Positions 24,566 to 36,735 of a stretch of 64,000 nucleotides of DNA are shown here, piece by piece; within the stretch, counting starts at the first letter, position 1, and the number at the start of each line of letters is the position of its first letter. A model generated the notes under the pieces. That model searched no databases and had not been told where the DNA came from. It saw only the letters and a list, made by a program, of their open reading frames with translations. The stretch lies in NCBI RefSeq assembly GCF_006345805.1, contig NC_043009.1, positions 17,608,001 through 17,672,000 on the forward strand, read 5' to 3'. This DNA is from Octopus sinensis (taxonomy: Eukaryota). Position numbers and translations under genes: made by a program.

Positions 24566-24786
24566 CTCTTTAGCACTCAGATTGCTCTATTAAATGTAAT
24601 ACTTACATATTCACATTGTTTTATATTAATCATGCATTATCTCATAGCTTTGAGATTTCAATGATGTGACTGTTTCATTTTTAGAATGGTATTGTAGGGT
24701 GGGTGTGAGAGGCCTGATCTGGCTGGTTTGACCATAAAGCAGGTAGAATATTTGAGCCAGATATGACCAGTTTGAATGCTAAAAGA
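24566..24786. mobile_element. TTAA-flanked MITE, family 1
   Basis: TTAA|CTCTTTAGCA...TGCTAAAAGA|TTAA; aligns with 8169-8386. Confidence 0.85.
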
Positions 24787-27704
24787 TTAAATTTCTATAC
24801 TGTAAATATATGCAACTTCCCCAAGTCCTCAGCTGCACATAACCACAATTCAAATATTATTATTATTTGGAGTTGAAAACTGGAATTAGTACTTTTCTGC
24901 ACAAGAAACAAAATTTAGTCTCATTTTAGAAAGAGCTTCAAGTTAAATGACTTCCTGTTTGCACCCTGTGAGTTTATACTTTGTGTTTTATCAGGGCGTT
25001 TTCAATGAAATTTTCTTGCTTTGATGTTCAAGCATCATGAGTAAGTCACAGTAAGTCAGAATTCAGTGAAACTAATTTCCTAATGATCTATTATAATTTC
25101 AGCATTTCATTATAGACAAAAGGCTTATCATCTATAAACCTCAGCTAAGTCATGTTGGGATTTATTGAATCTAAGCAAGAATGGAGTTCTCTCGTGGTTG
25201 ATAATGCATTGATGATTTTGTTAGTGAATGGTAACTGATATAATTTAAAGAGAGGATTTCTGTATACTGGTAGGTTTATGAAGAGAGAATAATAAGTCTA
25301 AATAACATGGATGTGTTGGGCCTTACGAAACCTTTGAATAGTAGCTGTGGAGCAACCTAGTTATAGAAATTAACTGGAGAATAAGTTCAGCTCAGAATCA
25401 AGAAACTGATGTCTTGTAAGTACAACTGAGGAGTTGATTTTAGATAATGATATTTTTCCTTTTTTTTAATTTTTTTTTTGACTGGATTAACAGCATTTTA
25501 ATCAAAATCTCTAGTTTCTAACAGAACAGGAAGATTCATAGAAAGAAGGCATGGCAGGGCTTTAAAAGTTAATCAACAACAACCCTCTATAAAAATGTGC
25601 ATCCTTGTTACGAATTGATTCTTCTATTTTTTAGCAATTGTGAAGCTCTCGTGCTAAGTATTATGGCAATAAACTTTATACAGTGAGGATATTTATTACA
25701 AAAGGATGCTTCCAAGAGAAGATGCATTTTAGACCATAATTACTATGATGAATAATGACATTCAAAGGAAGACATAATTAAAAAATATATTCTGAAGCTT
25801 TAATTAATAGTTTCTGAAGTCAGTAGTATTGGAATATCAACAGATCTATTAAACACTATTAGACACTACATGTACATTATATAGCATAGTCTCAATGCAA
25901 CAGAATGACATAGAAATTAAATAAAATACTATATGTAGCCAGGAGACAGAGAGCTGTACTTGCTTGTGCTAAGACATAAAGAAAAAAGACTAACTTATAA
26001 CGGAGCAAGAGAACAAGAAGCATAGTCTTGTTTTTAACTAGCCAAAACCCCAGGGCCATTCTGTTCAGACTAAATTGTCATAAAATCTTAATAAATTTCA
26101 ACTCAAATACATCATCAAAATTTAATTCTTACTGCCTATTTTGATGGTTTCATCATAGCCTTCATTCTGTCTGAATAATCTAAGCAATGACAAATTTACT
26201 ATGATGTGTACTTCCTGTTCACTCACTTTCATCTTAGTAAAACAACAGTAAATTTTCAAGTTAAGATTTTCCAAAAAGCCATTGGATTTCTGTTATAAAC
26301 ATCTAGAATTCCTTATATTTCACTTACTTTGCATGAATTGTTGTTCATGTGTACGCCACAGTTGTTTAAAAATTAGGGAATATGACTGTATCAGAACATT
26401 TGTCCAATAATGTTGGTTGCTGAAATAAGTGATTTGGCTGCACTTTCTAGCAGATCAAACACCCTCATCAAGGCTCTATCGTGCACCATTGATAGCATAT
26501 CAAAGTAATTTATAACATATCAAAGTGCAAATCCATTTGATTAATTTATCTCATGATGTAAGCAATCTTTCAATTTATATCTATATTACCAAGACAACAT
26601 ACATTTCCATTCAGAAATTTCCTTTTCGCAAACTTTCAAATAATATTTTTGTGTAATATTTTGAAACAAGCTTTCAACTTGTCATCCTAATGAGAAAATA
26701 TTACTTTCAGGTAAATGAAGAGAATTACAATGTATTTTCAAAGAAATGGGGAATTATGTATCAAGTATAGAAAATTTATTGAGTAATCATCATGGCTTGC
26801 TCGAAATTCTAAAACATAAATGAAGTATTGTTTGCTATAAATAGAGAAAAAAATTATTTTAAAACACATGTATTATGAGGAGAGAGAGAGTAAAAGTTTA
26901 GATACCTTAAAAGAATTTCATTCAAAAAAAAGCATTGAAAAAATATCAACTAATAAGATATAAGAGTCTCTTCTCTTGATGGGCTGCAGTGAGCTTTATA
27001 GGGTGTGTAGCTGTTGGGGGATGAAGTATTTTCTGATTCTAAAGAGAAATGCTAGTGTTTGAAATGCAGTTTGCCATGTTAAGGATGTTCTATCTCCAAC
27101 AGTAATCCTCTAAAAAATCTTGTGTGGAAGGATGCAATATGATGGGGATCAAAAATGTGAAGAAATATAATTTTTAAAAAAATTATTTTTTTTTGGTAAA
27201 GGGCCAAAAAGATGAAAAAACAATTTTTTTTTGCAAAATGGTCATCTCAGTTGTTTGAAACACTAGAATACAAAAAAGAAATTAAGAAAAAAGTAAATAA
27301 TTATGTCATAAGGGAAAACTATGCCAAAATTCGCTCAGAAAAATCTTTTCAAATTTCAGGAAAGTGGTGGCATGAGGGATTAAGCAAGAAAAGCTGTACT
27401 CAATGACTTTTTACTGGTAAGAAAAGAGTGAGGAAGAAAGGCTTAAACCCAAGATCTAGCTCATCTGATTACAATAGGCTGAATTCTGCTGAACACCTCA
27501 ATGGTGCTAGGTGGTGGTCTTAAATATGTGATTGTTTAAGTCCACTACCCAATTAAGCTAAAGTGGAGGAATTTGAACTCAAAACACAAAGAGAAGGATC
27601 AAACACCACAAAGCATCTGATCTGACATTCTTACAGTCCTGCTAATTCCTCAACTTGGATTGATATTATCTTTTGGATTTCAAAAGAATGGAAGTCAAAG
27701 TTGA

Positions 27705-28925
27705 CAGGTCACTAGTCATTGCCTCAGTGAGGCCTAATGTGCGAATATCGTGCTTCACCACCTCATCCCAGGTCTTACTGGGTTTACCTCTTCCACAGGT
27801 TCTCTCAACCGCTAGGGTGTGACACATTTTCAAACAGCTATCCTCATCCATTCTCACCACATGACCACACCAGCACAGTCGTCTCTCTTGCATGCCACAT
27901 CTGATGCTTCTTAGGTCCAACTTTTCTCTCAAGGTACTTACACTCTGTTGAGTATGTACACTGACATTACACATCCAGCAGAGCATACTGGCTTCATACC
28001 TTGCAAGCTTACGCATATCCTCAGCAGTCACAGCCCATGTTTCACTGCCATGTAGCATGGCTGTTCGTACACATGCGTCATACAGTCTAACTTTTACTCT
28101 GAGCGAGAGGCCCTTTGTCCCCAGCAGAGGTAGGAGCTCTCTGAACTTTGCCCAGGCTATTCTTTTTCTAGCAGCTACACTTTCAGAGCACCCACCCCCA
28201 CTACTGACTTGGTCACCTAGGTAATGGAAGCCATCAAATACTTCTAGTTTTTCTTCCTGGAATGTGGCGGAAGTTGTTCTCTGTGCATTTTCAGAGTTTA
28301 TTGCTCCTGAGCATCTGCCACATAGAAAAACTATCTTCCCAGTTAGCCTTCCTTTGACATTGCTGCACTCTTATGTGTCCATAACTTACACTGGAAACTA
28401 GCGTTTCTACCTATGTCTTTTCTACAGATCGAGTAGGGCCATCTACCTGAAGGGATTTGTGGTTTGCCTGCCTTCCTGCTTATTAGGACTTTGGTTTTAG
28501 CTAAGTTGACTCTAAGGCCCTTTGATTCTAATCCTTGCTTCCACACCTGAAACTTCTCCTCTAGTTCTAAGAGTGACTCAGCAATTAGAGCAAGGTCATC
28601 AACATAGAGGAGTTTCCAGGGGCGTCCTGTCTTGAATTGCTCTGTTATTGCCTGGGGAACTATGATAAATAGGAGGGGGCTGAGGACTGAACCTTGGTGG
28701 ACCCCTACCTCTACCTGGAATTCTTCATCATACTCGTTGCTAACCCTCACCTTACTGACAATGTCCCTGTGCATGGCTCGTGCAGCTCTCACTAACCATT
28801 CTTCTATCTCTAGTTCCCTCATTGACCACCAGATAAGGGATCGGGGGACCCTGTCAAAGGCTTTCTCCAAGTCAACGAAAGCTAGGTACAGAGGTTCATC
28901 TTTGGCTAGGTATTTGTCCTGCAGC
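27705..28925 (-). mobile_element. RTE LINE, reverse transcriptase to C-terminus, pseudogenised
   Basis: ORF 28343-28870 has EKAFDRVPR, GVHQGSVLSPLLF and LYVDDLAL (YADD box mutated). ORF 27666-28058 has LHGSETW and WCGHVVRM. Frameshifts lie between them. Confidence 0.95.
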
Positions 28926-28954
28926 TAATAATAATAATAATAATCTGTTCTACT

Positions 28955-29115
28955 ATAGGCACAAGTCCTGAAATTTTGGAGGAGGCTAATTGATTATATG
29001 AAACTCAGTGCTCAACTGGAACTTATTTTATCAATCCCAAAAGGACAAAAGGCAAAGTCAACCTCAGTGGAATTTGAACTGAGAACATAAAACTGGAAGA
29101 AACGTAGCTCACCAC
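28955..29115 (-). mobile_element. SINE family B copy
   Basis: Same core as 2970-3165; sits at the RTE truncation point beside (AAT)n. Confidence 0.7.
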
Positions 29116-29669
29116 CATGGTGGTGGTGGTGGTGGTGGTCGTAATGATGATGATGATGACAATGATGATGGTTTCTGATTTATGTACAAGGCCAGCTATT
29201 TTTGAAGAGAAGGGATTAGTAATTACCAGTGACCCCAATACTAGACTGGGACTGTTTTATCAACCCCAGAAGAATGAAAGGCATAGTTGACCTCAGAATT
29301 TAAAGAGCCAGAAATGCAAAACATTTTAGTCTGAAACCCTAATGATTCTAACAGATCACTGCCTTTATATCAAATAAATGGAATTATTATTATCACTAAT
29401 AATTAACTTACTTGTGCTACAGCTGCTGCATTCAATGCAAAAACCCTTCATAATGATAAGAACCACAATAAATTTGTACTGTTCTTCGCTAGGTTTTTTT
29501 CTCTTCCCATGAGGTAATCTTTTAGTTAAAATACAAAGGAAACTTAAAACCAGAATCAGAAATACTGGGGATATAGTTATTGCCCAGACTAATAAATCGT
29601 AGTGGCCCTTCAACAGCTGAGTGTCTCATCTCTGTACATCATCCTGCAGCCTTCCACCTCAAAGCTATC

Positions 29670-29905
29670 CATCTTACGCACTCATATGGATATGTCCTCC
29701 GTCTCCCACTAGATCACTCTGCCAAAGCTTTATTCTTATTCAAGGCAGCAGGTGTGGGTTGGAAGAGGCCTCATGACAGGTCCTGCACCAGAGAAATGAT
29801 TAGGGAAGATCTCCAAAAGCTCAACGTCACCTTGGATGATGCAGAGGGGCTGGCATGGGACTGCCAGCGATGGAGTGCTGGTGAGCCTGGCAAACTCTCT
29901 GCATG
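29670..29905 (+). mobile_element. RTE-like C-terminal fragment
   Basis: YGYVLRLPLDHSAKAL...GWKRPHDR...IREDLQKLNVTLDDAEGLAWDCQRW resembles the RTE WYGHVLR...RPRGR...DR..W motif. Confidence 0.65.
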
Positions 29906-31529
29906 ATGATGTCTCTGGGACCACTAACCTGGAATGACCCCAGCCCCATGAGGCAAGAGCATGAAGCAAGCAAACACTCATTATAAAAAGGTGAATAGCA
30001 ACTGTTAGTCAACAAGTACGAAATATGTCTATGGTTGGATACTGGCTCATTGAAATTATGGATTACAATTTTCTCACATCAGAAGTTAGTATACTCATCA
30101 ATGCCATTAATAAGAATTAACCTTCTTATGTCAAGGGATAATTCTGCAGAGGTCTTTGATAAATTTATTATCTAGTTTGAAAAGATATATTAGGCTTATG
30201 AAGCTAAATAAGAATAATAAATTGGAATTATTTCTATTAAGTCTGTGTCTACAACAACCACTTATTACAGCAATACAGAGTGGCCTGGAATTACAAGAGA
30301 GAAGGTTGAAAGTAACATTACATTGTATTCAAGAAGAAAAAATTTACAAACAACAAAATATGCTCATGTATATTCATTGAAGCAAGAGACCAGACAATGA
30401 TGTTTAGAAAAAAAAAATTCAAAAATCAAAGGGAAATAACTCAAATAAAGCATATGCAAATTATGATGACCAAAAATTATCTACAACGGTTTTTTTTTAT
30501 ATATATGTAAAAATCTTTGTCAGCTGAACAAGCAGGTTTGAGTAGACTATACTATGCTGATGAGGTCTAATAGATAGAAACATTATCATTCCTTTTCTTT
30601 GTGAGTCACTTGGTTTTTGTTTACTTTCTCCAACTAAGAAGGAAGTTTCAATCAAGAATTTTTTGCATATGGCATTCAGCACATCACTATTTTCACTTAT
30701 TTATCAATGACTTTGCCAGTTATCTTTGACAAATATCAAAATATTGTATATTTTCTATATTATTTACAAAGGAAGTTGTAAGATAGACTTTTGGTCAAAA
30801 ATTAAACAATGAAACTGATCAAAAGGCAGTTTGCCATATCTTTACCTTGTTTCATGCAAATGAAAAAACCTTAACATTGCAAGATACTGTTTTTACAGTC
30901 CAATAGGAAGAGTCCACTATCAATGTTGTGGTCAACTTTAGTCTAAATTATTATAATCTTATGTTACTACTGTGGAGAAATCAAGTTCAGTTTAGGTTAA
31001 AATTATTTTACTTTGGATCAAAAAAGAAACAAAATCTTCCTTATTTGTGCCATCAGGATGATGAATTACCCCTGATGACTCCCTTGACAAATGTAATGTG
31101 TTTGTCATGGAATATTCTAACATTTTTTTTCTTTTTCTTTTTTGCAAGACACACATCTCATTGGCTAGATACAGACAAGTTTTCTACACTTGCACACAAA
31201 GAACTAGAATAAATACAATAAAATGTTTTATCAAATGTGGTAACAACTCTGCCAATATGCTATCTTTGATTTGTTAATTTTCTTGACTCCCAGAATCCTT
31301 AAAAAATGTCCTGCTGCTGATAAACAATGTTTTAATTGTGATACAACATTTTGTAAAAGGTATGTTGAAAACTAACCATATCAACAGTGTTGTTTCATCA
31401 ACCGGCTGAGCAAAGATCGACAGTGACCCAATATAATCTAGATGTCTTAGGAGACAACATCACCATAAAGATTTAATATTTCTTTTAAAGACAAATGTGA
31501 AACAGTTTAATAACTATCAAAGTTGCTTT

Positions 31530-31760
31530 TGAAGACCATCACTCATGAAAAATCAGAAACGTACAACCAGATGAGGAATGAAATAAAAGAATATGAAATA
31601 ACTTTGCTGACTCTGCTGAACTGGAGGATGAAAATATAAATCTTCAGAAACATTTGTCACAATTGTAACAGAACCAGGTAAACTATGAAGTTTCAAAGAA
31701 GAGAAAAGAACAGTTCAAGAGGAAGTTGATGATTTGAATAAAGTTTGAAGAAACAAAAAA
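31530..31760 (+). pseudogene. BicD: Decayed Bicaudal-D (BICD-like) coiled-coil fragment
   Basis: Reads MRNEIKEYE / NFADSAELEDENINLQKHLSQL*QNQVNYEVSK / VQEEVDDLN. Compare BICD2 RDDIKEYK...[31 protein letters not shown]...LEEETEYLN (recalled from memory). Has an in-frame stop and frameshifts. Confidence 0.75.
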
Positions 31761-32779
31761 GAAATTTCCCAAAATTAAAGAAAAGAAAAAAGAGATAAGA
31801 AGAAGGTAGCCAACCTACTTAAATGATTCTCATGGTTTGTCCTGAAGATAAACAATGACTACTTATTGAAATATTTTGTGCAGGTAATTACCAAGTTTTG
31901 TTTTACCCACAAATTACTAACTTTTTGACATTTTTTTCTAACTGTTCTTTCTTTAGGTGTGCAGAGAATGTAGTACCGAGTGTTCTATAACTGTTTTATA
32001 ATGCTATGTTAATTACTGACAATAAAATTATGTAAGATCACGAGAGTCCCATGCATATACATACTCACTTCTTATCAAAATAATTTTGAAATATGAAATG
32101 TGTCTATGGCTGGATATGGATTCTATCAAATTATGAATTAGAGAAACAGGAAAAAACAAACAGAAATTAATGACACTTAACATGAATTGTGTAATTCTAA
32201 TCAATGGTCTCAGATGATATGATAGAATGTATTTTAGAGTGAATAAACTTCTAAAATTGGGTGTGCAAGAATTTTAATGTGAAAACTAGGCATTTTGTTA
32301 ATAACTTCTCAATCAATAAGACAAAGAAGGAAAAGAATAAATTCCTTAACATGGAAAGGAATTGTAGTCATAATTAATATTATTTTCAGAAGATAATTAT
32401 GAAACTTAAACAACAGAAAATGAGTGTGTTTCTTTTATTTTGTGTATATAACAAGCTAAGAAAGAGAACAAGTTATGAAAATAACAATCCAACCATATTC
32501 TTCCATTCTTAATCCACTTTGAGAGACTATGTGTAGAGATACAGGAAGTGTTCTATGAAACATCTCTGGCAGCCCTGCTGACACGTAACAAGGGTTGAGT
32601 GTGAGCTTAATAAAGATTTGGTATGCAGATGCAAAAAGCGAGTAGGTAGGAACTGTGTACCTGATACCAACAATGGGCAACAACAGGTGTAATGTGGTCT
32701 AAGGCAAACTGATAGGGATGGATTTTATATAACAGAAGAAGCTAGCAGTAAGAGCACCCAAGAAAGAAAGAAGTAACAA

Positions 32780-33092
32780 ACCCAGAAAGTTCATTAGAAA
32801 TAGTTGATAGCTTCTGCTACTTAGGAGATAAATAATCCCATAGAGGAGATGAGCATTATAAAAGCTAGAGTGAGGACAGAGTCAAAAAAGTTCAAGGAGC
32901 TTTTATTTCGGTTGATAACAAAGGTCTTTTCTTTCTGAGTAAAGAGTAAAGTGTATGAAGACTAGTTTTCAGAATATGATACAGCATAGTTGTGAGATAT
33001 AAATACGAAATGCTGAAGATACATGAAATCAGGAATGCAACAAGGAAACAGAAATAAATTTATCCTCTGCTGGATGTGCAATGTCAGCATAC
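32780..33092 (+). mobile_element. RTE LINE fragment, degenerate
   Basis: SLEIVDSFCYLGD...ARVRTESKKFKELL...LCWMCNVS. Confidence 0.7.
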
Positions 33093-33689
33093 ATGAATGA
33101 GAGAGCACGAAAATACTGAAAGAAAAACTAGACATCATCACCACTTCTAGAGAGGTCACCAAGTAACTTGCAAGAGACAGAGACCCCGTACCTGCCTCAA
33201 CTGAGTTGGGAAGTATTACTGAGGGAGGTGGCTTTGTGCCAGTTGATGAAGAGTATGATAGTAGGAGAGAAACAAATGTTTTGCTGTAGAAGAGAATCAT
33301 GGTTAGTCCAGCAGGGGGGGGGGGGAGAAGAGAGAGAAACAGTGAAGTTGGTGAAGATGTGTCGAGTTACAGAGAAGTGAATCTAAGTGAAGTGGTCCAG
33401 AGAATTGGACAGCGTGAGTGGGTAAATTCATAAGAGTGCAAAAGGAGAGGAAAGAGAAAGTAGAGCAGGGAGGGGGTGGATGCATTAAGTGGTGAATGCG
33501 AGTGAGGGAGTGATAGGAAGATGAATTGCAGAGGAAAGATTTGTCAAGGACAGCTTGTGTGTAGGGGCAAAGACATATACAACAAGCCTTTAGGGTCACA
33601 TTGTTGCTTGAATAGATCTTCCCAAACTCAGCAAATCCCCAATATCTTGGTCCTTTGTCATCTCTGTGAGGCTCAACATCCAAATGCCA

Positions 33690-34075
33690 TTCTTCACCAT
33701 TTCTTCCCAAGTCTTCTCGAATCTTCCTCTTCCACAGGTTCCATCTACATTTAATGATTAGAACTTCTTTATCCAGCTGCTCTCATCTATACGCATCACA
33801 CAGCTAAGCCTATGCAGTCCTCTCTCTTGCACACTACACCTCATGCCTCTTATGCCCAATTTTTCTCTCAACACATTTACATTTTGTTGTACATGCACCT
33901 TGTTACACATCCAGTAGAACATGCTAGCTTTGTTTCTTTTAAGTCGTTTTATCCAAGCCCATGTTTCACTAACACGTAGCATTGTTGCTTGTACATTTGC
34001 ATTGTACAGTCTGCCTTTTGTTGCCAACAGAAGCAACAGCTCTCTGAACTTTCTCCATCCTGTTCTTTTTCTAGC
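33690..34075 (-). mobile_element. RTE LINE fragment
   Basis: ORF 33758-34036: KGRLYNANVQATMLRVSETWAW...LREKLGIRGMRCSVQERGL. Confidence 0.85.
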
Positions 34076-34228
34076 AACCTCCGTTGCTACTAAATTATAA
34101 CTATAACCCTTTCAGTAACTTTTATGACCTGGTCCAGCAATTTGATGCCTCTGCAATTACCTATCTCTAAGGCATCTTCTTTACCCTTGTAACTGTTGAC
34201 TATAATGCTATATCATACAGTTCTATAT

Positions 34229-34460
34229 GGGCATATGGTGTAGTGGTTAAGAGCGCAGGCTACTAACCCTAAGATTCCGAGTTCGATTCCTGGATAATAA
34301 TAATAATAATAATAACAACAACAACATCAAAAAATACCTTAGGAATGAGAACCCAGGTTTGAAATTTCCCCAAGACACCTGATGAAGGCTTGGAGGGTAT
34401 AACAACAAACAAGATGAGGACAAATATCCGTCGAATATAAATAATGTAAATAATGTAAAG
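34229..34460 (+). mobile_element. tRNA-headed SINE-like element with hammerhead half-core
   Basis: A-box TGGTGTAGTGG and B-box GAGTTCGATTCC in a tRNA-like 65-mer; then (AAT)n(AAC)n, ACAC-CTGATGA-AGGCT at 34375-34390, and a tandem (AAATAATGT)x2 tail. Confidence 0.7.
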
Positions 34461-36446
34461 AATGCTACATTAGTCATTGGACATGAAACCTTCCTGTACA
34501 ACCTGATCAACTTTATGAATCACTAGGCTCTATTGCATTCCACCAGACAGCTACCAAACTGCTGTTGTGGACATAAGTGGTGACAACTGATCTCAGGCTG
34601 GGGAGCCTCACAACAGGAGATGACAAAGGAATGTGACAAGTGGAGAGACTGTGTTGAAATTGACTTGGCTAAAGCATGCTTACACAGAAAAGTGAATATG
34701 ACATCAGTGATGATGACAGCTGGACACTCAAAGAATTTTGTGTTTTTTCTTCCCTTCTTTGCTGTCTTTGAGGTAATTATACACAGCTTATGAGAATTTC
34801 TGTAAAACTGATAATCACATAAGTTTGAAATTTTCAAAAGGTCTATAGGCAAAAGAACATAACCAAGGATAAGACACATGTCAGTGATGTGAGCCATAAT
34901 TGCCCAATAGCAATAGAGAAGTGTGTTGCCTTCCGGAGTATGAAGAAGGAAATACACCAAGTGCTAAATACACTGTGTAATCAGCCCAAGCAATAATTAC
35001 AAGGAGAGAAAATGCAGTAGGATTTTACAGACTAAAAGATGTACTGTAATAGATAATAACATGAAAACAGAAGCAGCTATTAAGTGGAGACCATAGGTTT
35101 GCTGGAAGTGATTTATAAATTCTGTTACCCAAACAATATAAGAAGTGCTCAAAATGGAGCTAGTGACAGCATAGTAATTGGGACCTTAAAGTGTGGGGAA
35201 CAGCAACCCACCTCTGTTAGAAAGATTGCAGTTAAGGGTAAAGTGCAAAGTGCAACAAAGAACTGTGAATGTAAATGATTCACAGCAACTGAATATGGTA
35301 ATCTGAATAAAAAGGAAAGGCTATGTGCAATGCAAATGAATGAGAAAGCAACATCAAAAACACAAGAATATTTGGTCAGTGTATGTAGACAAGTCCACCT
35401 AGTAAGAATCTAGGACATGAATGGATGATGCATGGCAGGAAGAAAACTATTGTTGTGGTTATGATGATGATGTTGACAACAAAGTTAATCATGACAGTCT
35501 TCATCAGTATTGTCATTGCTGTTGTTGTGATCATCATCATCAGCAGGCATCCAACTCACAAACAGTTGGTCCCTAGTATTTAGATTGAATATAAAATCCA
35601 AAATGGCAAAAAAATGTTGAACGATATAAAACTAAAGGAAAACTACAGGTGTTGCATTTACACAGTTGAAAAACGTCATAATTGTTGATACAAAAAAGAA
35701 AAAGAAATAGATAAACTGATGAACGGAAGTGTAAATAGTTTCAAAACGTTTTCACCCAACTGCTTTTAGAGTAGTTTAGCTTCGCTGATTTCTTTAGTCT
35801 AACATCTCTTAAAAGAATCCATAATAAATTTTTGTTTCTTTGAGAAGAAACTGCAAATTAATTGCATCCAACAGTATTAACGACCTCCTCCAAGCACTGG
35901 TTTTAATATCAAAATGGGTCTATTGATCTAGCAAAGTTGGTACAACTGAACAGAAAATCCAAATAATTTCTAATCAAGATTTTCAAAGTCTACACTTAGT
36001 TCCAGAAGTGATTTTCATTGTTCAACATAATGAACATATTAAAGATATCAGCAATATGACAGGAAATACAAATTATCAATTGCTAAAGAAATTTTAAATG
36101 AAACATTTTAAACACTTTATCCTGACACATACACACATGATAATGTAATTAGGTTGGTCAGTTTTTGTCCTATCTTCCAACAAGATAAAACCTGTATACA
36201 TAGAGAATTAAATGAGAGAATAGGAAATTTCCCCCCATTATGCCTTAGGTGATGAAGTATCAAATGGAACTGAAATAGCAATTCTCCAGCATTCTTTCAC
36301 TATTTGGTCCTATCACTCCAATCTTCCATCTCAGCAAGAAAATATAATCTATAATTAGTGAATTTAATAGAATTTATAATTATTGTAGCAATCTGTTCTG
36401 TCTTTCTAGGCATTTTTATATACTAAAAAAATCTACTATCACCAGA

Positions 36447-36450
<4 letters not shown>

Positions 36451-36482
<32 letters not shown>

Positions 36483-36488
36483 TATTAT

Positions 36489-36555
<67 letters not shown>
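36451..36555. repeat. (TAT)n(TAG)n trinucleotide microsatellite
   Basis: Direct inspection. Confidence 0.97.
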
Positions 36556-36556
<1 letters not shown>

Positions 36557-36559
36557 AGA

Positions 36560-36735
36560 TAGTTAAGCTGGCAGAATTGTTAGCATGCATTCAAAACTTT
36601 GCATTCAAATTCTGCCAATGTCAACTTAGCCCCTTTCATCCTTTGAGGGTCAATGAAATAAGTACCAGTTAAACACCGGGATTGATATAATCAACCAGCC
36701 CCCTCCCACTAAAATTTCAGGCCTTGTGCCTATAG
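36560..36735 (+). mobile_element. SINE family B copy
   Basis: AGCTGGCAGAATTGTTAGC...AAGTACCAGT...CAGGCCTTGTGCCTATAG followed by (ATT)n. Confidence 0.8.

Noticed and set aside
25000-25800. Possible very old LINE relic (RKIHRKKAWQGF...)
   Set aside because: Too decayed to assign by eye; needs a profile search.
30552-30592. CTGATGA...GAAAC hammerhead-like match
   Set aside because: No stem I pairing and a mismatched base pair at the foot of stem II; likely chance.
34229-34293. Functional tRNA gene
   Set aside because: The acceptor-stem 3' strand is missing and it runs straight into (AAT)n; better explained as a SINE head.
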